Assembly: GCA_963845145.1 (NCBI GenBank) | Contig: CAWJQU010000006.1 | Location: forward strand, 1-64,000 | Origin: an uncultured delta proteobacterium | GTDB taxonomy: Bacteria > Desulfobacterota > Desulfobacteria > Desulfobacterales > QNYZ01 | Direction: 5' to 3' | DNA length: 64,000 bases | Shown here: one piece after another, positions 1 through 9,235 of the stretch | Layout of the letters: every line of letters begins with the position of its first letter | Numbering within the stretch: position 1 is the stretch's first letter | Position numbers and translations under genes: made by a program | Notes under the pieces: model-generated | Seen by the model: only the letters and a program-made list of their open reading frames with translations | What the model was told of the DNA's origin: nothing | Databases searched by the model: none

Positions 1-342
1 ACAAAGACCGCATGCATCGGGCGACCATGGAAGGGTTCTTAAACGCCACGGATCTGGCCGATTACTGGTGACAAGGGGGTGCCGTTTCGAAAGGCGCATG
101 CCCTGGCGGGCGGGGCTGTGGCGGAGGCCCTTTCCAAGGGGAAGGAATTGCACGACTTGACCTTGGAAGCGTTGCAGGCGATTTCGCCCTTGATCCAAAG
201 CGATGTCTACCCTTTTTTGGAAGTGGAAAGTATGGTCAACCGCCGCAAGTCTCTGGGCGGGACGGCCCTTGAAAATGTAAAAAGCGCCCTGGCGTTGGCC
301 AAAGCGTCGCTAAAAAAAACAGGTACAACTCATGAAAGCTAA
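1..342 (+). CDS. argH: Argininosuccinate lyase, C-terminal part (runs off window start; apparent indel near 66)
   Basis: GFLNATDLADY then, after a frame change, KGVPFRKAH...RKSLGGTA, the conserved ArgH C-terminal motifs. Confidence 0.9.
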
Positions 343-790
343 TGGAAAGCTATTGGTTGCGGTCGTTTTTGTGACTGGATTCATCCTGGGCGCGGTCACC
401 ATGGGTTGCGGCGTCAAGACATCACCGGTACCGCCGAAATCCATTGCACCCGCAGCGATTACCGACCTGGGCTTCACCCTGGACCAGGGCCAGGCAACCC
501 TTAGCTGGTCGATTCCGAGGGGCAGTGATGCCGGTACAGCCGGCCTGGGCGGTTTTATGGTCTACAAGGCCGAGACACCGGCCTCTGAGCCGGTGTGTGA
601 TGGATGTCCGGTATTGTATCGCCCAATTGCCAATATGGATGCCGAAACCCTGCTGGTGGGTGCCCCAGACCGTAAAAATGTCACCCTCGTTCAGCCCATT
701 GATCCAGGCTATCACTACATATTCAAAGTCGTCGCATATTCCAAAGATGGTCAGCGGGGACAGGATTCGAACCTCGTCGTAATAAAATAG
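332..790 (+). CDS. Lipoprotein with LptM/YifL-like N-terminus and FN3-like domain
   Basis: Hydrophobic signal, lipobox-like MGC followed by GVKTSPVPP; CxxCP motif; sits between argH and dapF. Confidence 0.65.
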   Translation: MKANGKLLVAVVFVTGFILGAVTMGCGVKTSPVPPKSIAPAAITDLGFTLDQGQATLSWSIPRGSDAGTAGLGGFMVYKAETPASEPVCDGCPVLYRPIANMDAETLLVGAPDRKNVTLVQPIDPGYHYIFKVVAYSKDGQRGQDSNLVVIK

Positions 791-831
791 CTAATAAGCT
801 AATAAGCTAATAAGCTCATCAGCTTATCAGC
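788..831. repeat. 8-bp tandem repeat (agctaata)n, decaying, starting at the stop codon
   Basis: tagctaataagctaataagctaataagctcatcagcttatcagc. Confidence 0.85.
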
Positions 832-861
832 TCGGCTTACCGGCTAACTAAAGGGGAACAC

Positions 862-1701
862 GTGGAAGATATTGAATTCTATAAGATGAGCGGCAGCGGC
901 AATGATTTCATTTTAATCGACAGCCGTGCGGGGCAACTGCCGGTGGCCGGGCGTTCTGAATTTGCCCGACTGGTTTGTCGGCGCAGGCTTTCCGTGGGTG
1001 CCGATGGATTGATTATCATCGAGCCGTCCGATGTGGCCGATTTCAAATGGCATTTTTTGAATGCGGATGGCAGTGAAGCTGAAATGTGCGGTAACGGCGC
1101 CCGGTGCGCTGCCAGGTTCGTTCGCTTAATTGGCGGAGGTGGCGCACACGTGTGTTTCGAAACGCTGGCCGGATTGATTGAAGCCGATGTGGAAGATGAT
1201 GCGGTAAGAATTAAAATGACCGATCCTACCGGGGTTAATTTGGCCGGTCTCAGCACGGCTGAAAATGTCGAGGTCGATGACCATACGGTATCGCTTCACC
1301 GGATCGATACAGGCGTTCCTCATGTGGTGATGGTAGTCGATGATTTAGAAAATATCGACGTCGACACCGTCGGGCGGGGAATTCGCTATCATCGGCAGTT
1401 TGAACCCCAGGGGACCAATGTCAATTTTATAAAAGCCAACGCAAATGGTACCGTGGGTATCCGCACCTATGAGCGCGGGGTCGAAGCCGAGACTCTTGCG
1501 TGCGGTACCGGGTCCGTGGCGGGTGCGATTATCGCCTCTACGCTGTTTGATTTAAAACCACCCATTCAGATGATTGTCAGAAGTGGCCTTCCCCTCGAGA
1601 TTGATTTTACGAACACCGGTGAAGGCTATCGGGACGTATATCTCAAAGGGGAGGCTCGCGTTGTCTACCGCGGGCGTATGGGAAAAGACACGTTGGGCTA
1701 A
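862..1701 (+). CDS. dapF: Diaminopimelate epimerase
   Basis: KMSGSGNDF, NADGSEAEMCGNG, DTGVPH and RTYERGVEAETLACGTG motifs. Confidence 0.97.
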   Translation: MEDIEFYKMSGSGNDFILIDSRAGQLPVAGRSEFARLVCRRRLSVGADGLIIIEPSDVADFKWHFLNADGSEAEMCGNGARCAARFVRLIGGGGAHVCFETLAGLIEADVEDDAVRIKMTDPTGVNLAGLSTAENVEVDDHTVSLHRIDTGVPHVVMVVDDLENIDVDTVGRGIRYHRQFEPQGTNVNFIKANANGTVGIRTYERGVEAETLACGTGSVAGAIIASTLFDLKPPIQMIVRSGLPLEIDFTNTGEGYRDVYLKGEARVVYRGRMGKDTLG

Positions 1702-1764
1702 GGCTAATACCCGTTGGGCTAATAATAGGGTTCGGATTTCTACCATACGTCAAGGGGCATCCGG

Positions 1765-2274
1765 GTGTCAGAATTGGAAAAATCAATAGCCTATATCTCG
1801 GTGGGCTCCAATCTGGGGAAAAAACGAGAAAATTGTCACCAGGGGACTATTGCCCTGACCGATTGCAGCGATACCGTCCTGTTGGCCCGCTCGCCTTTTT
1901 ATCAAACCCAACCGGTCGACTATATGGATCAGGACTGGTTTATCAATGCGGTGTTTTCCATTGAGACGACTTTGTCTCCCGAGGCGCTCCTGAAACGTAT
2001 TCAAGTTGTCCAGCGTAATGCGGGGAGAAAAAAAACAGCCATCCGTTTCGGACCACGGACCCTTGACCTGGATATTCTTCTGTTCGGTGATCGGGTTGTG
2101 TCAACACCTAAGCTCGTTATTCCACATCCCCGCATGCATAAAAGACGCTTTGTATTACAGCCGCTTTGTGATATAAATTCCAACTTGGTGCATCCGGTAT
2201 TGCGTCGGACAATGGGCACGTTGTTGTCCCGCCTGGAGGATGATGAACAGCAGGTTATTTTAAGCGATGATTAG
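1765..2274 (+). CDS. folK: 2-amino-4-hydroxy-6-hydroxymethyldihydropteridine diphosphokinase
   Basis: YISVGSNLG, RFGPRTLDLDIL and IPHPRMHKRRFVLQPL motifs. Confidence 0.97.
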   Translation: MSELEKSIAYISVGSNLGKKRENCHQGTIALTDCSDTVLLARSPFYQTQPVDYMDQDWFINAVFSIETTLSPEALLKRIQVVQRNAGRKKTAIRFGPRTLDLDILLFGDRVVSTPKLVIPHPRMHKRRFVLQPLCDINSNLVHPVLRRTMGTLLSRLEDDEQQVILSDD

Positions 2275-2518
2275 ATTTCTCATCATGTTGGCGATCGGAT
2301 ATGGGGTATATCGGTCCCTTAAAACATTGGTCGCGCCCCCAAACCGTGAAAAAATGGATGGTCGCGATCTGGGACGGATTGATGATGTAATGGTAAAAGA
2401 TCCTGTCTGCCAGGTTTATTTACCCCAAAGAGAGGGGATACTCTGGACCCATGACGGCCGGGATTATTTTTTTTGTAGTCAGACGTGCTTGGAAAAGTTC
2501 AAGCAAAATTCCACTTAA
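2267..2518 (+). CDS. YHS/TRASH-domain small membrane-anchored protein
   Basis: N-terminal TM segment; VKDPVC...YFFCSQTCLEKF. Confidence 0.85.
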   Translation: MIRFLIMLAIGYGVYRSLKTLVAPPNREKMDGRDLGRIDDVMVKDPVCQVYLPQREGILWTHDGRDYFFCSQTCLEKFKQNST

Positions 2519-2535
2519 AACAGGCTGCAGATGAT

Positions 2536-3103
2536 ATGATTTTTCCAGGGAAACTCTTTAAAAGAAAGACTCAGCCACCCCAACAGTTTAACGATGTATC
2601 GGGTGCTGGCAGCCCCCGTATTGGTGGTTTTGTTGCTGTTCCCCAATCGGTTCTGTACGGCTATCGCGGCCCTTTTGTTCAGCGCGGCGGCCATTACCGA
2701 TTATCTCGATGGGTTGTTTGCCCGTCGCATGGGGCTGGTATCCAATTTCGGTAAAATTATGGATCCCCTGGCGGATAAAATTCTGATTTCATCCGCGTTT
2801 ATCATGCTGGCGACCCTCAATTGGGCCCCGGGCTGGCTTGTCTGTATCATCATCGGGCGCGAACTTGCCGTGACCGGGCTTCGCAATTTCATCGCTGAAA
2901 ATAAGATGGATATTTCCGCATCGAACCTGGGAAAATATAAGACCGGTTTTCAAATTGCCGCCATTATCCCCTTATTATTTCATTTCCCCTATTTAGGGAT
3001 CAATATGCATGCTATCGGCACGTTTTTTCTGTATGGCGCGCTTATATTTACCCTTTGGTCGGGAATTGATTATTTTGTTCGGTTTCGGAAACTTTTAGGA
3101 TAG
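2536..3103 (+). CDS. pgsA: CDP-diacylglycerol--glycerol-3-phosphate 3-phosphatidyltransferase (true start probably 2536, with an indel in the T-run near 2540)
   Basis: HPNSLTMYR lies in frame upstream of the called ORF; TDYLDGLFARR and GKIMDPLADK CDP-alcohol phosphotransferase motif; followed by tRNA-Gly/Cys. Confidence 0.93.
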
Positions 3104-3123
3104 ATTTACCGCTATGCCCAGCT

Positions 3124-3176
3124 TTAGAACAGGTTTAGACCAGGTTATCAGTTTAGATTAGGTTTAGACCAGTTTA
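3124..3176. repeat. Degenerate ~10-11 bp tandem repeat (aggtttagacc-like)
   Basis: ttagaacaggtttagaccaggttatcagtttagattaggtttagaccagttta. Confidence 0.65.
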
Positions 3177-3183
3177 ATTTTAA

Positions 3184-3212
3184 TTGACAAACAGTACCGA
3201 GTGCGTTAGATC
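3184..3212 (+). promoter_or_regulatory. Sigma70-type promoter of the tRNA pair
   Basis: TTGACA at 3184-3189 and TAGATC 17 nt later, about 10 nt before tRNA-Gly. Confidence 0.55.
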
Positions 3213-3221
3213 ACCGGTCGA

Positions 3222-3296
3222 GCGGGAATAACTCAGTGGTAGAGTGCGACCTTGCCAAGGTCGAAGTCGCGGGTTCAAATCCCGTTTCCCGCTCCA
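3222..3296 (+). tRNA. tRNA-Gly(GCC)
   Basis: gcgggaa acceptor stem, cgacc-ttGCCaa-ggtcg anticodon arm, GGTTCAAATCCC T-arm, encoded CCA. Confidence 0.97.
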
Positions 3297-3309
3297 TTTT
3301 TTTTTGTAC

Positions 3310-3384
3310 GGCGGCATAGCCAAGTGGTAAGGCAGCGGTCTGCAAAACCGCTATTCATCAGTTCGAATCTGATTGCCGCCTCCA
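3310..3384 (+). tRNA. tRNA-Cys(GCA)
   Basis: ggcggca/tgccgcc acceptor stem, gcggt-ctGCAaa-accgc anticodon arm, atcag-ttcgaat-ctgat T-arm, encoded CCA. Confidence 0.97.
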
Positions 3385-3395
3385 TAATCAAACAC

Positions 3396-3440
3396 AAGGG
3401 TTTGCAAGAATTGACAGTAACTTGCAAGCCCTTTTTATTT
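3396..3440 (+). terminator. Intrinsic terminator-like hairpin after tRNA-Cys
   Basis: aagggtttgcaag...cttgcaagccctt followed by a T-rich tract. Confidence 0.6.
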
Positions 3441-3583
3441 TCCTGCCAAAAGTCACAGAATGTCACTGAAAGTACAGAAATCCACGACATATCCCGACAA
3501 ACCTCCGACATATTCCACGACATCGAAAAATTGTTCATTTTTTTATTGACTTCTTTTGAAAACCGGTTATACTTATAACCACT

Positions 3584-4042
3584 ATGAAGTTTACTCTCAA
3601 AGAAATAGAAAACGTCCTTCCCTTTTTCGACAGAAATGTTCTCAAGCAGTGGACCCACCGAAAGCTGATAACCTTTAAAGACAAACCCGCACGAGGGAAA
3701 GCTGGCCAACACGATTGGTACGAGGCCGTCACGATAGCCGCCATGTGGAATTTACATTCCGCGGGCTATGGTCCCACAGCGGGTATTCAAATAGCCAATA
3801 TCATCGCTGAGAGAGCCTCTGAGTATCCTATCCAGGACTGGTTAACACAAAGCCTGGAACAGGAGCTCAACCAGTGCGTTCTCTTTTTTAGGATGCGGCG
3901 TGACAAGCTGGAAGAATATAAATTTATAAAGCGGCGGGATATTACCCACGAAAGCTTGGGGATGACCGGTTCATATTACGATTGCGATTATCTTCTTATG
4001 CGGTTTGCCGAGGAACTTTTATTCAATAAACGCAATGGATAA
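3584..4042 (+). CDS. Putative MerR-like HTH regulator of the element
   Basis: N-terminal RNVLKQWTHRKLI...GKAGQH pattern resembles phage/island MerR-like HTH proteins; first gene after the tRNA. Confidence 0.5.
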   Translation: MKFTLKEIENVLPFFDRNVLKQWTHRKLITFKDKPARGKAGQHDWYEAVTIAAMWNLHSAGYGPTAGIQIANIIAERASEYPIQDWLTQSLEQELNQCVLFFRMRRDKLEEYKFIKRRDITHESLGMTGSYYDCDYLLMRFAEELLFNKRNG

Positions 4043-4235
4043 CAACTTCTCAATACTGAATACAAAAGAATGTGCGGATATGCTTCATCGGTCTGAAGGT
4101 GCCGTCCGTAATTTGGTATTGAGACGGAAAATTCCGTTTAGGAAGCCAGGTGGTCGGTTGGTCTTTATCCGAGAAGAAATACGACAATGGATATACAATT
4201 CTGAAGGGGTGCGGCCCGAAGATGTCAGGAAATAA
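4035..4235 (+). CDS. Excisionase/AlpA-like HTH_17 DNA-binding protein
   Basis: ILNTKECADMLHRSEGAVRNLV...IPFRKPGGRLVFIREEIRQWI. Confidence 0.85.
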   Translation: MDNNFSILNTKECADMLHRSEGAVRNLVLRRKIPFRKPGGRLVFIREEIRQWIYNSEGVRPEDVRK

Positions 4236-4674
4236 AAACAAGGGCTGGGGGTTCGGTAAGTGGACCCGTATCGAGATGGAGATGATCAAGTCACCTGCAT
4301 TTGTGAACCTGAGTGGGTCGGCCCAATACCTGATGCTTTTATTTTTGATGAAACGGAGCCTCACGTTCCCCAAGGACCGTAAAAATGGCAAGGGCGCGAT
4401 GGTGGTGGAAAATATAGACGATATCACGTTGACGTACAAAGAGCTTTTGGCCCCACCATTCAACTGGACGGTGCCGAGATTCACCAGGGCGAGGGACCAG
4501 CTAATGGCCCACGGATTTATAAGAATTGTACACCGTGGCGGCGCCTATAAAAAAGATAAAAATGTGTATGGGCTGTCTGACCATTGGAAGACCTGGACCC
4601 CAAAACACGATCCCATTTTTAAACGGAAGAGGGACGTACGCAGGGGGTTCCAAAAAGAGGCAACCCCGTATTGA
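4222..4674 (+). CDS. Putative winged-helix replication initiator-like protein
   Basis: SPAFVNLSGSA...RARDQLMAHGFIRIV...NVYGL resembles phage wHTH replication proteins; iteron-like repeats follow. Confidence 0.5.
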   Translation: MSGNKNKGWGFGKWTRIEMEMIKSPAFVNLSGSAQYLMLLFLMKRSLTFPKDRKNGKGAMVVENIDDITLTYKELLAPPFNWTVPRFTRARDQLMAHGFIRIVHRGGAYKKDKNVYGLSDHWKTWTPKHDPIFKRKRDVRRGFQKEATPY

Positions 4675-4683
4675 ATTTTTTCA

Positions 4684-4829
4684 ACATACGCCAGCGTTAC
4701 CCATACGGCTTAGACACACATACGTTTGCGTTACCCATACGAGTTTTGACGAAATGACGGACAAGGCAAATAAAAACAAACGTTTAACCCATTTTCCCGA
4801 AATACCGCTTAGGGTAACGTTTGCGTATG
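4684..4829. repeat. Iteron-like repeats (two direct, one inverted); putative origin
   Basis: acatacgccagcgttacccatacg (4684-4707), acatacgtttgcgttacccatacg (4718-4741), inverted gggtaacgtttgcgtatg (4812-4829). Confidence 0.7.
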
Positions 4830-4957
4830 CGTATCATGTAATACCATGTAGGGGGTCGTGACCGACCCGATGGGGTTTAGGGTTTTCGAGGGTTTAAAGG
4901 GGCTTTGGGGTGTCGGCGGCAATTTTGGCCAAATCAACAACAAATAGGAGATAAAAG

Positions 4958-5176
4958 ATGGACAACAAGGTATGTAAAAATTGTGACTATTGGACGGCTG
5001 GTGCTATTAATAAACCTACCTCGCAAGGACGGTGTCGCAGATACGCCCCCCCGGTAAATTTTGACAAACAACCGTATCCACAGTGGGCGATAACTAAACA
5101 AAACGACTGGTGCGGTGACTTCAGGCATACAGAAAAACCAAAAGCCGGAGAGATACCTGCGCCGATATTCATTTGA
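4958..5176 (+). CDS. Small Cys-rich phage-type hypothetical protein
   Basis: AGGAGA RBS; CKNCDYW...GRCRRYAP...DWCGDF. Confidence 0.7.
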   Translation: MDNKVCKNCDYWTAGAINKPTSQGRCRRYAPPVNFDKQPYPQWAITKQNDWCGDFRHTEKPKAGEIPAPIFI

Positions 5177-5288
5177 GGGCTTTAATGGCATCTTTTAGGC
5201 AATTTATATTCACATAATATGTAGAAAAACCTTGACATTACCGCTCAAAAGTGCAAGTTAAACATTAACAAATAATAATTGAACCCAA

Positions 5289-5651
5289 ATGGCCCAAAAA
5301 GCTAAAAAATTCTGTAAAAAATATCCATGTGGAACGCTCGTTCCGGCTGGTCAAACCTATTGCGAAAGCCATAAGCCTGAAACCGATTACAGGTCTGACC
5401 GGTTCTATCATTCGCACCTATGGACGAAATTTTCCCGATGGTTCAGGGCTGACCATCCATTATGCCAAGTGTGTTTGGATCATGGAGTCATTAAAGGCGC
5501 CGACATGGTGGACCATATCACCCCCTTAAGGGACGGTGGTGCCAAATTGGATCTTCGGAACTTACAGAGCTTATGCAATTCATGCCACGGTAAAAAATCT
5601 ATTGCTGAGCGCGGTCGGCGTGGCAAGCGGCCGGTTGTTTACAGTTATTGA
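5289..5651 (+). CDS. HNH endonuclease (HK97 gp74-like packaging accessory)
   Basis: RFYHSHLW...HPLCQVC...VDHITP...NLQSLCNSCH; directly upstream of TerL. Confidence 0.93.
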   Translation: MAQKAKKFCKKYPCGTLVPAGQTYCESHKPETDYRSDRFYHSHLWTKFSRWFRADHPLCQVCLDHGVIKGADMVDHITPLRDGGAKLDLRNLQSLCNSCHGKKSIAERGRRGKRPVVYSY

Positions 5652-5720
5652 CAAAAAAATCATCGGAAACCTTCGACTCGAGACCGAGTGGGAATGCAGA
5701 CATATAGTTAGATTGCAAAT

Positions 5721-7331
5721 ATGGGCAAAAGAGGACCAAAAACAGGCGCTGTAAAGGCCGCTGAGAGAACATCTAAACCAGCATGGAAGGGTGTGCCTCC
5801 TTGGGAAAAGCCGGGTCTTACCCGTGCTGAAAAGGTTGTCGCCTTTTGTGAAGTCCTGCCCATTACATCCGGGAAACTTGCCGGTCAAAGATTGAAACTG
5901 AGGCCGTGGCAAAGAGAAATCATTGAGGGCATTTACAAAGAGGTGGATGGCAAGCGAATTGTCAGGACGGCGCTTTTAACGATGCCCCGAAAAATGGGTA
6001 AATCGGCCCTTGCCGCGGCGCTTGCCTTAGCACATTTGGTCGGCCCGGAATCTGAGCAACGGGGTCAGGTTTATTCGGCCGCTGCGGATCGTGAACAGGC
6101 TTCAATTATTTTCAGAGAACTGGAAGCTATAATTCTAAGCGTCCCCGAATTTGATGAACGGTGTAACATTAGGTTTTTCTATAAAGAGATTGTAGATTCA
6201 GTTACAGGTTCGATTTATAGGGCCATGTCAGCCGATGCCCGGAAAGCGCATGGGTTGAGTCCAAGTTTTATGGTGTACGATGAATTGGCCCAAGCCAGGG
6301 ACCGCGAATTATACGATAATTTAACGACTGGAACCGGTGCCAGGGAAGAGCCGTTGATGGTCGTTATCAGTACCCAAAGCCCGAACCCCCATCATATCAT
6401 GTCTGAATTGGTCGATTATGGCGAGGGAATCAATTCAGGCGTGTTACCCCCCGACCCATCTTTTTTCGCCTCTATTTTTGCCGCCCCTGATGACGCTGAC
6501 CCCTGGGATGAACAAACGTGGCATGATTGCAATCCGGCCCTGGGTGATTTCAGGTCATTGGAAGAGATGCGACAATTCGCGGGACAGGCACAGCGGATAC
6601 CGATTAGGGAAAATGTGTTTCGGAACCTATATTTGAATCAAAGGGTGGATGCTACAAGCTGTTTTATCAATTCATCTGATTTTGATGCCTGTATCGGGGA
6701 TATACCCGACCTTGCCGGCCGGGCTTGTTATGGTGGTCTTGACCTGTCAAGTACCACGGACCTGAGCGCATTCGTTCTTTGCTTTCCCCCTGAAAATGAT
6801 GAACCATATTACATCTTACCCTTTTGCTGGGTGCCTGGGGACAGTATCAGGGACCGTAGCAAGACGGATAAGGTGCCATATGAGCAATGGGCGAAACAGG
6901 GATTCATTGAACCGATAGCGGGTTCCTGTATCGAGTACGGGCCGATATTACAAAAAATTGATGAACTGGCCCAGCTATATGACATCCTGGGAATCTGTTT
7001 TGACCGCTGGGGCGCTCATTTAATCCGTCAAAATTTGGAAGATTCGGGAATGTCGGTCATTCAATTTGGGCAGGGATTCAAGGATATGTCGCCGCCCACA
7101 AAAGAATTATTAAAACTGATCCTGGAAAAAAAGATTGTTTTTCCTGATAACCCGGTTTTGAAATGGTGTGTTGGCAATGTTGTCGTTGAAGAGGATGCCG
7201 CCGGGAACATTAAACCAAGTAAAAAGAAATCCGCTGAAAAAATCGACCCATTTGTGGCCTGTATCATGGGGCTTGATGGTGCGATTCGAAACACTATGGA
7301 GAAAGTTCAACCACAGATAATGTGGATGTAA
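5721..7331 (+). CDS. terL: Terminase large subunit (Terminase_1 type)
   Basis: LRPWQ, Walker A PRKMGKS, Walker B VYDE, ISTQ, nuclease GLDLSSTTDL, KIDP. Confidence 0.96.
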   Translation: MGKRGPKTGAVKAAERTSKPAWKGVPPWEKPGLTRAEKVVAFCEVLPITSGKLAGQRLKLRPWQREIIEGIYKEVDGKRIVRTALLTMPRKMGKSALAAALALAHLVGPESEQRGQVYSAAADREQASIIFRELEAIILSVPEFDERCNIRFFYKEIVDSVTGSIYRAMSADARKAHGLSPSFMVYDELAQARDRELYDNLTTGTGAREEPLMVVISTQSPNPHHIMSELVDYGEGINSGVLPPDPSFFASIFAAPDDADPWDEQTWHDCNPALGDFRSLEEMRQFAGQAQRIPIRENVFRNLYLNQRVDATSCFINSSDFDACIGDIPDLAGRACYGGLDLSSTTDLSAFVLCFPPENDEPYYILPFCWVPGDSIRDRSKTDKVPYEQWAKQGFIEPIAGSCIEYGPILQKIDELAQLYDILGICFDRWGAHLIRQNLEDSGMSVIQFGQGFKDMSPPTKELLKLILEKKIVFPDNPVLKWCVGNVVVEEDAAGNIKPSKKKSAEKIDPFVACIMGLDGAIRNTMEKVQPQIMWM

Positions 7332-7375
7332 AAAATTTAACTTTTCCCGAATAGCTATCGGGGGAACCAGGACAG

Positions 7376-7420
7376 AAGGGGCCAATGCGGTGGCCGCATC
7401 CACTGCATTTGGCCCTTTTT
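7376..7420 (+). terminator. Terminator-like hairpin between terL and the capsid gene
   Basis: gggccaatgcggtgg...ccactgcatttggccc followed by TTTTT. Confidence 0.5.
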
Positions 7421-7438
7421 GTTTGTAAAGGAGCAAAA

Positions 7439-9145
7439 ATGGAAACACGAAAATTTAAAATTGATGTTGGCAGTATTCGGGCCGATGCCCGGACGGTTGA
7501 AGCGACCTTATCCACAGAATATCCAGTAAAAAGGTTTGATGGGGAAGAAATCCTTTCCCATGAGCCCGATGCCGTTGATTTGAGTCGGTCGCCGCTGCCC
7601 TTAATCACTGCCCATGATGGGAGCAAACTCCCTGTGGGGATTGTCGAAAATCTTAGAATTATCGGCGGTAAATTGAAGGGTATCTTGCGGATTTCGGAGA
7701 ACCAAACGGAAATCTGGCGGGATATTAAGGACGGGATTTTGAAAAACCTGTCCATTGGCTATCAAATTACGAAACGAGAGAAAACAAAAACCGGATATCT
7801 GGCGACACGCTGGATGCCATACGAATGCTCGCTGGTAGCTGCCGGGGCTGATCCCTTGGCCGGTATCGGGCGATCATACAGAAAGGAAACAAATATCATG
7901 GATTATAATGACATTTTAAAAGCAAAAAAAAGAGCGATTGACGAAATGCAGGAACTTTCGATGACTGAAAATCTGTCTGACGATGAGTTTCAGAAATTTA
8001 ATGACCTTAAAGGACAAGTCCTGAAATATGACCGGCGAATCGAAATGATGGATGCGGTTCGGGATGGCAAGAAAAAGGAAACCCGCTTCGAGCCTGAGAT
8101 TGACGATAAAAAGAACCGGGAAATGGACTTTGAGGGTGGTCCGGCGACTGACAGAAGTTATGCCGGGATGTTCGGAAAAACGGATCTTGTTGTCGATGAA
8201 GATTGCCTTCGGGAATTTAGGGTCCAATTGGAAGGCGTTTCGAGTTCTGGGGGCTTTGCCGTTCCAGAGCCATTAGCCGCTAAATGGCTGAATGACTCCC
8301 TACAATCTGAAATTGTGAGGCCCAGAGCGACTGTCTGGCCCATGACTTCATTGACTCGTACCGTAGCCGGTTGGGATGGTTCCGACCAGAGCGCCGGGGA
8401 GTTTTTCGGCGGTTTTGCGATGGAGTTCAAAGGGGAGAATGGCACGTTTTCCAAACAGACCGGGAAACTTCGTTCGATTACCTTATCCGCAAACAAAGCG
8501 GGAATTTTCGTTGATGCTTCCAATGAAGTTATTGACGATGGTCAAGGGTTGGATGCTCAGTTAAACATGGCAATTAAGAAGTCTATTCCCCTGGGGATGG
8601 ATTACTATTTCCTGAATGGAACCGGTGCCGGGCAACCTGCCGGGATTTGTGGGGCGTCCTCTGCGGTTCAGGTGAGCAAAGAGGCTGGACAGGCCGCTGA
8701 TACCATCGTTTATGAGAACATCGTAAAAATGTTCGCCCGGATGTACCCAGCTGGTCGGTCAAAAGCAATATTCATTTGCAACGAAACCTGCCTCCCGCAA
8801 CTTCTGACGATGTCCTTGGCGATTGGTACAGCGGGATCGCATTTTCCGGTCCTGAACGATAACAACGGCAACCTCACCATGTTGGGAAGGCCGGTTGTCC
8901 TATCAAGTAATATGCCAGCCGTGGGCGATGAAAACGACATCATGTTCGTTGATTTCTCCCAATATGCAATCGGGATTCGGAAGGATGTCAGGCTTGAAAA
9001 ATCAAACATCCCCGGATGGACAGAAGACCTCATGAGTTATCGGGCTATTGTTAGATTTGACGGAATGCCGCAGTGGTCCGACGTTTGTACTCCCCGAAAT
9101 GGCGATACGCTGTCGTGGGCGGTTGGTCTTAACGAGCGAGCATAA
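7439..9145 (+). CDS. Fused HK97-type prohead protease - major capsid protein
   Basis: AAGGAG RBS; protease motifs AHD, LSIGY, PYECSLVAAGADP; coiled-coil delta-like region; HK97 capsid GGFAVPE...FLNGTGAGQPAGI...RAIVRFDG. Confidence 0.92.
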   Translation: METRKFKIDVGSIRADARTVEATLSTEYPVKRFDGEEILSHEPDAVDLSRSPLPLITAHDGSKLPVGIVENLRIIGGKLKGILRISENQTEIWRDIKDGILKNLSIGYQITKREKTKTGYLATRWMPYECSLVAAGADPLAGIGRSYRKETNIMDYNDILKAKKRAIDEMQELSMTENLSDDEFQKFNDLKGQVLKYDRRIEMMDAVRDGKKKETRFEPEIDDKKNREMDFEGGPATDRSYAGMFGKTDLVVDEDCLREFRVQLEGVSSSGGFAVPEPLAAKWLNDSLQSEIVRPRATVWPMTSLTRTVAGWDGSDQSAGEFFGGFAMEFKGENGTFSKQTGKLRSITLSANKAGIFVDASNEVIDDGQGLDAQLNMAIKKSIPLGMDYYFLNGTGAGQPAGICGASSAVQVSKEAGQAADTIVYENIVKMFARMYPAGRSKAIFICNETCLPQLLTMSLAIGTAGSHFPVLNDNNGNLTMLGRPVVLSSNMPAVGDENDIMFVDFSQYAIGIRKDVRLEKSNIPGWTEDLMSYRAIVRFDGMPQWSDVCTPRNGDTLSWAVGLNERA

Positions 9146-9235
9146 CCGGACCCCCTTCCGGCGAAATCCGGGCGCCCTGAATTAGTGCATGATTTGGGGT
9201 GTCCGGTGCTTAAACCCGAAATCCAAGGATTTAAA

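Noticed and set aside
3252..3712. ORFs 3252-3578 (+) and 3275-3712 (-)
   Set aside because: They overlap the two tRNA genes and the terminator and show no protein motifs.
7385..7438. Extended N-terminus of the protease-capsid ORF
   Set aside because: It lies in a terminator-like hairpin; the AAGGAG RBS supports a start at 7439.
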